From an uncultured Spirochaetales bacterium (GTDB lineage: Bacteria; Spirochaetota; Spirochaetia; JAFGDJ01), in the NCBI GenBank assembly GCA_964410865.1, contig CAYPIQ010000005.1:7037-71036 (forward strand): 64,000 nt of DNA, given 5' to 3'. The translations under genes were made by a program, and so were the position numbers. This document shows positions 9,488 through 17,455 of the stretch, piece after piece (within the stretch, counting starts at the first letter, position 1; every line of letters begins with the position of its first letter). The notes beneath the pieces are model-generated. The model did no database searches, was not told the origin of the DNA, and worked only from the letters and a program-made list of their open reading frames with translations.

Positions 9488-9780
9488 TTACCGGACTTTC
9501 TCATTCCCTTTGCCCGTATGAGACTCGACAAGGTGATAGAGGCGGGTCGGGAGAGAGCCGGCGGGAGCACTGTCGAGGCCGTGTTGCCGTATCACGGATG
9601 TAATGCAGACCGATTCGGCCCTGCGGGTGTAGAGCATCACCCCGGTGGCGTAGCCCCAGATGGCCGCATAGGTCATGTGTCCCACAACGGTCAGCACCGA
9701 GCGAACGAGAAACACCTCGATTCCATAGATCGAGTAGAGGATGTTTTCGATGATGGCGAAGGCCAGGGCTACCCTTCGAC
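9488..9780 (-). pseudogene. PrsW-family intramembrane protease fragment
   Basis: Frame reads VALAFAIIENILY...RSVLTVVGHMTYAAIWGY (PrsW ENxxY and R...H motifs); N- and C-termini missing. Confidence 0.65.
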
Positions 9781-9863
9781 GTCGTGTTTTTGCACCCAGG
9801 TCGCACGGTCTCCCTGTTCAAGGAAAATCATTCTTTCCCTTGCGCCCCCCGGGAAATAGGCTT

Positions 9864-9885
9864 ATTATGTAGGTGAAAACATAAT
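9864..9885. promoter_or_regulatory. Palindromic operator candidate upstream of intI
   Basis: ATTATGT-N8-ACATAAT perfect 7-bp arms, ending 14 nt before the intI ATG. Confidence 0.45.
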
Positions 9886-9899
9886 TTTGGATAAGCAGT

Positions 9900-11084
9900 A
9901 TGGTTTTGGAAATCAGTGGAGACGGTAAAAAATCACTCCAGATAAAAACCCCATATCATGAATCTGTCGTAAATGCCATGCGCACCATTCCGGGGAGACA
10001 TTGGTCTGCCGTAAAAAAGGTTTGGTTAATCCCGGATACACCCTTTCACCGTGAAAAGCTGCTTTCTTCCCTGTATGAAACGAAACTCTTTACCTATCAG
10101 CCGAACCGGAAAGATGATTCAACTAATCAGAAGCATCTGTACCTTCGATTCCATCAGGCTGCCCGTACCCGTCATTTTAGCTCGAGGACGGAAAAGAGTT
10201 ACCGACAATGGATACAAAGATACCTCCACTACTATAACGGGCTCGAACCGGAAAATCTCACAGGGTCACATATCAACAAATTCCTTTCGTATCTTGCCGT
10301 GAAAAGAAAGGTAAGTCCCTCTACCCAGAATCAGGCTTTGGCTGCGCTTTTCTTCCTCTATAAACAGGTGCTCAACAAAAAGGTTGATGATCCTGATTCG
10401 ATCATTCGAGCGGAAAAACCTAAACGGCTTCCTGTTGTTTTAAGCAAAACAGAAGTGAAAAAGGTCATCTCACATGTACCCGAGGACAAAAAGCTAATAG
10501 CCGCTCTTCTGTATGGAACCGGAATGAGGTTGATGGAGTGTTTACAGCTCCGCGTAAAGGATATTGATTTAGAGTGTAATGAAATACGAATCAGGGATGC
10601 GAAAGGCGCAAAGGACCGGATCACGATGATCCCGGAATCACTGAAAACAGAATTGAAAAAGCAATTAACTCGCTCACAGTTGATTCACAAGCAGGATCGT
10701 TCTGCAGGGTGGGGCCGTGTACAGCTTCCCTATGCAATTGAGCGAAAATATCCGAATGCATCTGCAGAATGGCAATGGCAATGGGTCTTTCCCCAGCAAA
10801 AGCGATGGAACAATCCTGAGACTGGAGAAGAAGGAAGACACCACATAGATCCCTCTCTCGTGCAGAAAGCAGTAAAGAAAGCCGTTCTTGCAAGTGGAAT
10901 AACCAAGCGAGCCTCCTGCCATACATTCAGGCACTCATTTGCAACACATCTTTTGGAAGACGGCTATGACATACGAACAGTTCAAGAGCTGTTGGGCCAC
11001 AGTGATGTAAAAACAACAATGATCTATACCCATGTGCTGAATCGAGGTCCACAAGGAGTAAAAAGCCCCCTGGATGGGTTATGA
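9900..11084 (+). CDS. intI: Integron integrase with N-terminal extension (394 aa)
   Basis: SAM-like domain (SPSTQNQALAAL), GMR, KGAKDR, HTFRHSFATHLL, LGH, IYTH, plus the IntI-specific insertion GWGRVQLPYAIERKYPNA..WQWQWVFP. Confidence 0.96.
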   Translation: MVLEISGDGKKSLQIKTPYHESVVNAMRTIPGRHWSAVKKVWLIPDTPFHREKLLSSLYETKLFTYQPNRKDDSTNQKHLYLRFHQAARTRHFSSRTEKSYRQWIQRYLHYYNGLEPENLTGSHINKFLSYLAVKRKVSPSTQNQALAALFFLYKQVLNKKVDDPDSIIRAEKPKRLPVVLSKTEVKKVISHVPEDKKLIAALLYGTGMRLMECLQLRVKDIDLECNEIRIRDAKGAKDRITMIPESLKTELKKQLTRSQLIHKQDRSAGWGRVQLPYAIERKYPNASAEWQWQWVFPQQKRWNNPETGEEGRHHIDPSLVQKAVKKAVLASGITKRASCHTFRHSFATHLLEDGYDIRTVQELLGHSDVKTTMIYTHVLNRGPQGVKSPLDGL

Positions 11085-11266
11085 TATTAAGACATTGGAA
11101 AAGGAGAATTATACGGACCCGGATAAAATGGTTCTTTATTATGTGGGAAACCTATACTGTTTCTGAGAAGTGAATTACACAGTAACCAGAATATATTCAT
11201 AGCAGATTATACGGACAAATGGATACCAACCGGTGTTTATACGGGTCAGTAGAATTTATGTTATAT
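11085..11266 (+). other. attI region of the integron
   Basis: Core G/TTATAT at 11260-11266; GTTATATAGCAA is the exact reverse complement of TTGCTATATAAC at the end of cassette 1; three TTATACGG direct repeats upstream. Confidence 0.8.
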
Positions 11267-11316
11267 AGCAAAAAAAATTAAAGTAATATAATGAATAATT
11301 TAATAAGGGAATATAG

Positions 11317-12369
11317 ATGATAGAAATCTATTTTGATGAAGCAGGTAACACTGGACATGATTTATTAAATTCTGAGCAGCCCCTCTATGTTCTAAGTTCA
11401 ATAAAAATATTAAATGATGTAGCAAAGCAAAAATTAGAAAGTAGTTTTACTGATATTGATCTATTGCATTTTAAAAGGAAAAAGAATTCTGCCTCTGGAA
11501 GAAAAGAGATTCTTGATTTTTGGGATAAAAACTTTGATTTTTTGAACGAAAATAGTAAAAGTATAGTAATCCATAAAAAATACATGATTGTCTGTCAAAT
11601 GTTAAATTATTTGGTAGAACCACAGTTATATGAAGATGGAATTGATTATTATGATGCCGGGATGAATATTGGTCATTCAAATATGATGTATATGTGCATT
11701 CCTGGTTTTTGTGGTAGTGGTTTAGCCAATATGCTTTATAAAGCATTTATAAATATGTTTAAAATTAAAGATCAAAAATCAATAATTACATTTTATAAAC
11801 TATTAGATTTAATGGAGAAAAAATCTAGTTCGGAAGAATTTAAAACTGATATATTCATTCTTAAAAGATCGATAACAGAAATAAGTGAAACTCTACAAAT
11901 TGTCAATAAATATGTTTTAGATCCTTCTATGCATTCATTAATTTCTTTGATTACTCTATGGAATAATGAATTAGAAGAGGAATTCAATGTATTTCATGAT
12001 AGATCAAATACAATATTGAATCAAAAAGAAATCTTGGATTTTCTCAACGATATAGAAGGTGATGAACAAAGTATTGGATATGGAGAGTTTAAAGCAACAT
12101 TTCCTATCAAAATGGATAGCTTTCGATTTATTAGTAGTGATAACTTTTCAATAAAAATAGTAGATATAATTAGCAGCAGCTTATTATATGTATCAATAAA
12201 TGATGATGATTTTGCTAAAGAGCTTAATAAAATAATATCTAATTGGAAGTGGACTAATAATATTATGCCTTCTTCAAATGTAGAACCTATTCCAGAAAGA
12301 ATAAAACGACAAGGAGATATTGATTCATTAGATTTCTTTGCAAAAAAGATAATTGAAAAAGGATTGTAA
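11317..12369 (+). CDS. Integron cassette 1: DUF3800-like (RNase H fold) protein
   Basis: N-terminal IYFDEAGNTG and C-terminal IKIVDII motifs; very AT-rich; bounded by attI and attC1. Confidence 0.78.
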   Translation: MIEIYFDEAGNTGHDLLNSEQPLYVLSSIKILNDVAKQKLESSFTDIDLLHFKRKKNSASGRKEILDFWDKNFDFLNENSKSIVIHKKYMIVCQMLNYLVEPQLYEDGIDYYDAGMNIGHSNMMYMCIPGFCGSGLANMLYKAFINMFKIKDQKSIITFYKLLDLMEKKSSSEEFKTDIFILKRSITEISETLQIVNKYVLDPSMHSLISLITLWNNELEEEFNVFHDRSNTILNQKEILDFLNDIEGDEQSIGYGEFKATFPIKMDSFRFISSDNFSIKIVDIISSSLLYVSINDDDFAKELNKIISNWKWTNNIMPSSNVEPIPERIKRQGDIDSLDFFAKKIIEKGL

Positions 12370-12376
12370 AATTGCT

Positions 12377-12511
12377 ATATAACAACCACTTGGAGTTGAC
12401 CTGGCGGTGAATATGGCAAAGAGATTGTTGATTTGGAGAACAGGGGTTACAATGGTTAAAGTGATAGGGCTAAGTAAGGACAGCGCCAGGCAACTCAAGT
12501 GAACGTTATCT
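12377..12511 (+). repeat. attC1 (135 bp)
   Basis: R'' ATATAAC, L'' CACTTgGAGTTGaCCTGGCG, L' CGCCAGGCAACTCAAGTG, R' GTTATCT; two extrahelical bases. Confidence 0.93.
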
Positions 12512-12530
12512 TGAAAAAAGAGGAATATAG

Positions 12531-13445
12531 ATGAATAACTTACCTATTAAAATATGTCCAAAATGTAAAAATAATATGATTAATAATAATGAAGATGTTA
12601 TAACAGCTCAATCTTACAATGATTGTATAAGAAAATGTTTAAGATGCGGAATTGGATATTCAAACGCAAAATACAATCCCAAAATAATTTATAAGAATAT
12701 TGAAGATAATATCGCTAATGAAATCAAAGATAAGAATATTGAAGATATTATCAATAAATCTCTAAACATCAGAAATAGACCAACAAAATTAAATAAAGCT
12801 AAAATTTCGACATCAGAAGATGCATTAACCTATTCTTTTATGAAATATCTAATAGAAAGTAATCAAATAACAAAGCTGATAAAAATAATTGATTCTACAA
12901 TAAAAGAATTTAATAATATTGAAGTATACTTATGGGGAGTAAATATCGTTAATAATAATATTGAAAAGATTGAGACCCTTAAGACTATCTTAGTTAAAAA
13001 ATATAAGGAAAATTTAAATTCATTATCTGAACCGGATATAATAATTACAGGAGATACATTTACTATAATTATTGAAGTAAAATATAAAAGTCCAAATGAA
13101 GTGAAAAATACAAATAGTCTTCATAAATATATACGCAATAATTTTTATGATGATTTAGAAAAAGCAATAGAATGTGAGCATTATGAGTTAATAAGAAATT
13201 GGACAATACTAAATGAATTAGAAGAAGACAATGCAATATTAGTCAATTTAGGGGATATAAAACTATTTAATGATAAAAATAAATTAAAGCTAGAATATTT
13301 TGAAAAATCATTAAACCAAAATAATAAAAGAAAATTTATAAAATTAAAATGGGAAGAATTATTTCATTCTGATATATATTTCTCAGATACAATGAAAAAA
13401 TATTTAAAGAAGAAATTTTTCAAGATAACAACCACTTGGAGCTGA
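12531..13445 (+). CDS. Integron cassette 2: Zn-ribbon plus PD-(D/E)xK nuclease
   Basis: CPKC and CLRC pairs; SEDALT; SEPDIII...IIIEVKYKS; stop codon falls inside attC2. Confidence 0.75.
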   Translation: MNNLPIKICPKCKNNMINNNEDVITAQSYNDCIRKCLRCGIGYSNAKYNPKIIYKNIEDNIANEIKDKNIEDIINKSLNIRNRPTKLNKAKISTSEDALTYSFMKYLIESNQITKLIKIIDSTIKEFNNIEVYLWGVNIVNNNIEKIETLKTILVKKYKENLNSLSEPDIIITGDTFTIIIEVKYKSPNEVKNTNSLHKYIRNNFYDDLEKAIECEHYELIRNWTILNELEEDNAILVNLGDIKLFNDKNKLKLEYFEKSLNQNNKRKFIKLKWEELFHSDIYFSDTMKKYLKKKFFKITTTWS

Positions 13446-13555
13446 CATGGCGGTGAATGTGGCAAAGACATTGTGTTTTTGAAGGACTGGAGTTACAATT
13501 GCTAAGAAAGTGTTTTACTCGATGCGGCGCCATGCAGCTCAAGTGAACGTTAAAT
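13423..13555 (+). repeat. attC2 (133 bp)
   Basis: R'' AGATAAC, L'' CACTTgGAGCTGaCATGGCG, L' CGCCATGCAGCTCAAGTG, R' GTTAAAT; homologous to attC1 with compensatory changes. Confidence 0.93.
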
Positions 13556-13800
13556 TTCAAGATTGTGTACTAAATCAAGGCAAAAGAACGACGGTAGTCA
13601 GTGAGCTGGTAAAAGTGGTTACCTTATGGGTTTTCACTAATACAAAATATTTTATTTGTTTCTTATAGTACCACTTTTCCTAGCTCATCGGGGATAAGCT
13701 CTGATAGTACATCTCTTTCGATTTTGCCTTTGTTTACATTCATTCTTTATGAACGAACGTAGTCTTTCGAGATATCGATGAACGCTTTCGAGATCTTGAA
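13550..13800 (+). other. Integron cassette 3 body: ORF-less, internally palindromic
   Basis: Start GTTAAATTTCAAGAT matches the reverse complement of ATCTTGAAATTTAAC at 13793-13807; no long ORF; nested inverted repeats 13577-13730. Confidence 0.8.
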
Positions 13801-13952
13801 ATTTAACATGTCGTTGGAACAGCCAAAACCTTTTGTCACGGTTTTTGCGGTTCTTCTTTAGGAATGCTTGTTGTAACAACGCGGCAAAAACCGCGCCAAT
13901 CCTTCGGCCTCTCGGCCTCAGGCCGGTTTTGCTGCTCAACTCGTCGTTATGT
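13801..13952 (+). repeat. attC3 (152 bp, different family from attC1/2)
   Basis: R'' ATTTAAC, GTTGgAACAGCcAAAACC pairing with GGTTTTGCTGCTCAAC, inner stem CGGTTTTTGC/GCAAAAACCG, R' GTTATGT. Confidence 0.85.
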
Positions 13953-13978
13953 TGACGCCTTCGGCGCGGAGGAGAAAA

Positions 13979-14194
13979 ATGAAGAAGATGATTTGCTTTA
14001 CCTTATTTTTTCTATCAATGGGAGTGTATGCACAAGATATACAAACAACCACAATCTCAATATTCCAGAAAGCGTATAATGTTAAATTTATTGTCATATC
14101 AGGGGACGCATATATAAACTGGACAGATTTTATGGCCAATCAGCAAGGTAACAACTTAGATATCAACAAATTACATTTGTTTAACTCAACATAA
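13979..14194 (+). CDS. Integron cassette 4: small secreted protein (71 aa)
   Basis: GGAGG SD then MKKMICFTLFFLSMGVYA|Q signal peptide; cassette start GTTATGTTGA matches end TCAACATAAC. Confidence 0.7.
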   Translation: MKKMICFTLFFLSMGVYAQDIQTTTISIFQKAYNVKFIVISGDAYINWTDFMANQQGNNLDINKLHLFNST

Positions 14195-14215
14195 CAATAA
14201 AGCGGTAAAATTGTG
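14189..14215 (+). repeat. Truncated attC4 (R'' arm only)
   Basis: R'' ACATAAC present; no complementary L'/R' arm found downstream. Confidence 0.55.
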
Positions 14216-14242
14216 GAATCTTAATTCTTTCGGAGGATTTTT

Positions 14243-14319
14243 ATGAAAAAGATTCCATTAACTGAATTAGTGGAGGCAGTAGCCGCTGATTTGCGCCGAA
14301 CAAACTATACGCCGCGGAG
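14243..14319 (+). pseudogene. N-terminal stub of a tyrosine recombinase-like gene
   Basis: GGAGGA SD plus MKKIPLTELVEAVAADLRRTNYT, reminiscent of RIT-type recombinase N-termini; breaks after about 25 aa. Confidence 0.3.
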
Positions 14320-14592
14320 GATTGGTGGTCTATTAAAACTACCCTTTCCACCCACCAGAGAATGACGGTCGAGTATGTTACTAAAGATACCGAAGGAAGT
14401 CGTTTTCTCAATACCCTTAGGACGAACTCCCGGCTGGAGCCAGCGCATCTGGAGATATTTACGAAGCTGGGCTTGTCCGGCAGACCGCTGAACCGCCGTT
14501 TGTTAAAACGGAAAATCGGTAGTGATAACAAAAATAACCAACCTATTTTACAGGAGTGACTTAGCCTCTTTTTTGGCAAAGTTGGGTTAGGT
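14320..14592 (+). mobile_element. IS1634-like transposase C-terminal fragment and right end
   Basis: WSIKTTLSTHQRMTVE...EPAHLEIFTKLGLS; ends AAGTTGGGTTAG. Confidence 0.6.
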
Positions 14593-14705
14593 CTATTTGC
14601 CCGGTTTGAGGTACTTTGAAGACCAACAGGAGGTGCCTGTTCGCTCCAGAACGACGATTTCTGTCGATTTTAGGCGGAATGTCCCCATTTTCCCTGGTTT
14701 TCTCC

Positions 14706-14734
14706 TTGACACATAGGATCACTTTTCTTACAAC
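14706..14734 (+). promoter_or_regulatory. Sigma70-type promoter candidate for the fakA operon
   Basis: TTGACA-17 nt-TACAAC, ending 27 nt upstream of the ATG. Confidence 0.5.
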
Positions 14735-14761
14735 TTTTTACACGGATTTAGGTAAACTTCT

Positions 14762-16573
14762 ATGACGCAAACAGAAAATACGACAGCGGTAATAAGAGAT
14801 AGGATAGAGAATATATACAAGTATCTCTATCTACACAAAGAATACATAAACAGGTTGAATGTTTTTCCTGTTCCAGATGGCGATACCGGTCTTAATATGG
14901 CGCTGACCATGCAAGGTGCTTTGGCAAATATGCGCGATTATGAAGAAGCATCAATGCCGGCGGGAGAATATTTGAAAAATTTTGCTGAACAAATGCTGCT
15001 CAACAGTAGAGGGTGTTCAGGAGTCATCTTATCCCTTTACTGTCAGGGCGTCTCACAAGTAATTGAGAATAACGACTTTTCTAAAGAAAATATATATAGA
15101 GCTCTTGAAAACGGATATAAAAACGCGTACGAGGGCACCGAAGATCCGAGGGAAGGAACCATGCTTACGTTAATGCGTGAACTTAAAGACAAGTATGGTG
15201 AACTTATGAAGGGAGACGATGACCCTGTAAATATCACGAAACAATGTATCCCGTATTTAAAAGACGTTCTCAACAAAACTCCCGATATGTTGCCGGTACT
15301 AAAACAAGCCGGAGTTGTAGATTCCGGTGGCGCGGGATTCCTGATTATTCTCGAGGGAATTAATAGAAAGTTAAAAGGCAACGAATTGACTCTTAGAAGC
15401 TTGCCGGTTTCAATTATACTGAATATAAATAAAATTGCAAAAAAGTATCTCGACGGCAGACTTTCAAAATTAAATAAAAAAACTATCGAAGCTCTGCTTA
15501 CAAATATTGAGACCGAAAAGTTGCATAATTCTCGGTTGTCCAAAATAATGGAAGATATTGGGGGGGTCGTTCGGAATCTGCAGGATAATGGGAATCGATT
15601 GTCGAAGAAAGAAACAATTATTAATAGTCTAGAGGATATGGATGGTTCATGGAATCCTGAAATTAAATTCAAATATTGTACGGAATTCGTTTTAGAAACA
15701 GACCGAATATCATCAAAAGAGCAAATAAAAGGAATCATCGGCGGATACGGAGATAGTCTGATAATACTCAACAGCGGCGATAAATATAAAGTTCATATAC
15801 ACACCGATAAACCGGAAGCGGTTTTTAAAGATGTTTCAAAATACGGCAACCTTATATTTACCAAAGTCGATGATATGAACAAACAACACAAAAATCTCGT
15901 GAGTAACGATTCAATCGATTACGAACGAGAGAAAAGTGTTTTTTGTTTAGTTTCCGGAAAAGGATTTGCCGAAATCCTGAAAAAGCTCGGGGCCGATGAT
16001 GTATTCTGCTACGGAAAAAACAAGCCGTCCGTGGAACGGATCGTTAAAGAGCTAGACAGACTGAGAACCAAAAATATAATCGTCGCTGCCGACGACAAAG
16101 ATATTCTGATGGCGCTCAAATATGCTGGTTCGCTGAGTAAGTCGAATATACACATTGTCGAAGCCGATAATGTAATCTCGCTTATTAGCATGTTGCTAAA
16201 TATTTCAAAGGATTTAGATATTACCAATACAATTGAATCGATAATGAATAGTCTGAATAATATTCGTTTTTTTGGAATTGCTAAGGCCGTCAGAAATACT
16301 GCAACGGAATATGGTATAAAAGTTAATAAAAATGAGTTTTTTGCAATGTACAACGGCTCAATTATTCTTTCCGACAAGAACCTGAAAACACTGATGATTA
16401 AGGCAATTCAAAAACTGAGAAAAGATGAAAGTCTGATATCGTTATACCGGGGCGTCCGTGCCAAAAGAGAAAAGAGTTTTATTCCGAAACTGAAAGAAAC
16501 GTTTCCCGATTGTGAAATTGAAGAATATTACGGTGGGCAATATAAATTCGATTATTACGTAACCTTGGAGTGA
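14762..16573 (+). CDS. fakA: DAK2-domain fatty acid kinase catalytic subunit
   Basis: LNVFPVPDGDTGLNM, PREGTMLT, VVDSGGAG, YCTEF, KVHIHT, KVDDM, YYGGQ. Confidence 0.92.
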   Translation: MTQTENTTAVIRDRIENIYKYLYLHKEYINRLNVFPVPDGDTGLNMALTMQGALANMRDYEEASMPAGEYLKNFAEQMLLNSRGCSGVILSLYCQGVSQVIENNDFSKENIYRALENGYKNAYEGTEDPREGTMLTLMRELKDKYGELMKGDDDPVNITKQCIPYLKDVLNKTPDMLPVLKQAGVVDSGGAGFLIILEGINRKLKGNELTLRSLPVSIILNINKIAKKYLDGRLSKLNKKTIEALLTNIETEKLHNSRLSKIMEDIGGVVRNLQDNGNRLSKKETIINSLEDMDGSWNPEIKFKYCTEFVLETDRISSKEQIKGIIGGYGDSLIILNSGDKYKVHIHTDKPEAVFKDVSKYGNLIFTKVDDMNKQHKNLVSNDSIDYEREKSVFCLVSGKGFAEILKKLGADDVFCYGKNKPSVERIVKELDRLRTKNIIVAADDKDILMALKYAGSLSKSNIHIVEADNVISLISMLLNISKDLDITNTIESIMNSLNNIRFFGIAKAVRNTATEYGIKVNKNEFFAMYNGSIILSDKNLKTLMIKAIQKLRKDESLISLYRGVRAKREKSFIPKLKETFPDCEIEEYYGGQYKFDYYVTLE

Positions 16574-17454
16574 GTAGCAGAATGGATAAGAGGATTTTGA
16601 TCATTACCGGTGATAATCTGGGCCTTTCGAGGGATCAAATAGATTACCCGGATGTAGAGATTTTAAAATTTCCGGTGGTCGTAGGCGATAAAGAATATCG
16701 GGAAAGCAGCGAATATACGGCACAATGGCTCAATGAGAAATTTCTGAAGGAAAAAGTCGTTGCAAAGTCGTCTGCGATCGTAAGCGGAGAGCTGGTCGAA
16801 ATAGTAGAAAGAAATAAGGATAAGTATGACTTGATAATCCATGTCGTGATGAGCAGCGTGATGTCGGCAACGACCTTGGCTATAGCAAACAAGGTGAAGG
16901 ACATGTATGAAAATACCATTCCGATCATCAATATCGACAGCCGGCAGGTTATGGGGGGCACGGGGAATGTAGTCTTGGGTGTCGTCGATATAATCAAGGA
17001 AACAACCAATGCGGATGATATTATAAAATTGGCGCAGGAGCTTGTTCACAATACCTTTAGCTATTTTGTTTTGGCGGATCTGAACTATCTCTATAAGGGC
17101 GGCAGAATCGGAAAAGCACAAGCGTTGATGGGTTCTGTTTTGCGTATTATTCCGATTGTTGGACTGATGGGGGATGATAGAGACGGCCAAATAGTCCCCG
17201 TGGGAAGAGGAAGAACCTTCAAACAAGCAAATTCACACATCCTCGAGTTAATAAATGCCAAAATGAAGGAAAAATCGGCAAGGGGAGTGAAAAGATTGAA
17301 TATGATCGGGTTTGACGATAATAAAGATGCAGTTGCCGATTTGGAAACAAAGTTAAAAACAATTCCCTGTGACGATTTCGTTGTGGGGAAGGCGGATCTT
17401 GTCGGTGCCGTGTACGCAGGGCCGAAATCGTATGCGGTGTCTGTAACTCTTTGA
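16570..17454 (+). CDS. fakB: DegV-family fatty acid binding protein
   Basis: SSVMSAT, IDSRQ, DLNYLYKGGRIGKA..LMGSVL.IIPI, VYAGP; overlaps the fakA stop. Confidence 0.88.
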   Translation: MSSRMDKRILIITGDNLGLSRDQIDYPDVEILKFPVVVGDKEYRESSEYTAQWLNEKFLKEKVVAKSSAIVSGELVEIVERNKDKYDLIIHVVMSSVMSATTLAIANKVKDMYENTIPIINIDSRQVMGGTGNVVLGVVDIIKETTNADDIIKLAQELVHNTFSYFVLADLNYLYKGGRIGKAQALMGSVLRIIPIVGLMGDDRDGQIVPVGRGRTFKQANSHILELINAKMKEKSARGVKRLNMIGFDDNKDAVADLETKLKTIPCDDFVVGKADLVGAVYAGPKSYAVSVTL

Positions 17455-17455
17455 A

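Noticed and set aside
13550-13800. Retron msr/msd or DGR template in cassette 3
   Set aside because: No reverse transcriptase in the window and no recognisable branching-G architecture; kept only as a generic structured element.
13685-13939. 84-aa minus-strand ORF and 71-aa ORF 13864-14079
   Set aside because: Both run through attC3 and lack an SD or protein-like composition.
11260-13952. CRISPR array suggested by recurring ~135-bp repeats
   Set aside because: Repeats are long imperfect palindromes separated by gene-sized inserts next to intI, so they are attC sites; no cas genes or short-spacer array anywhere in the window.
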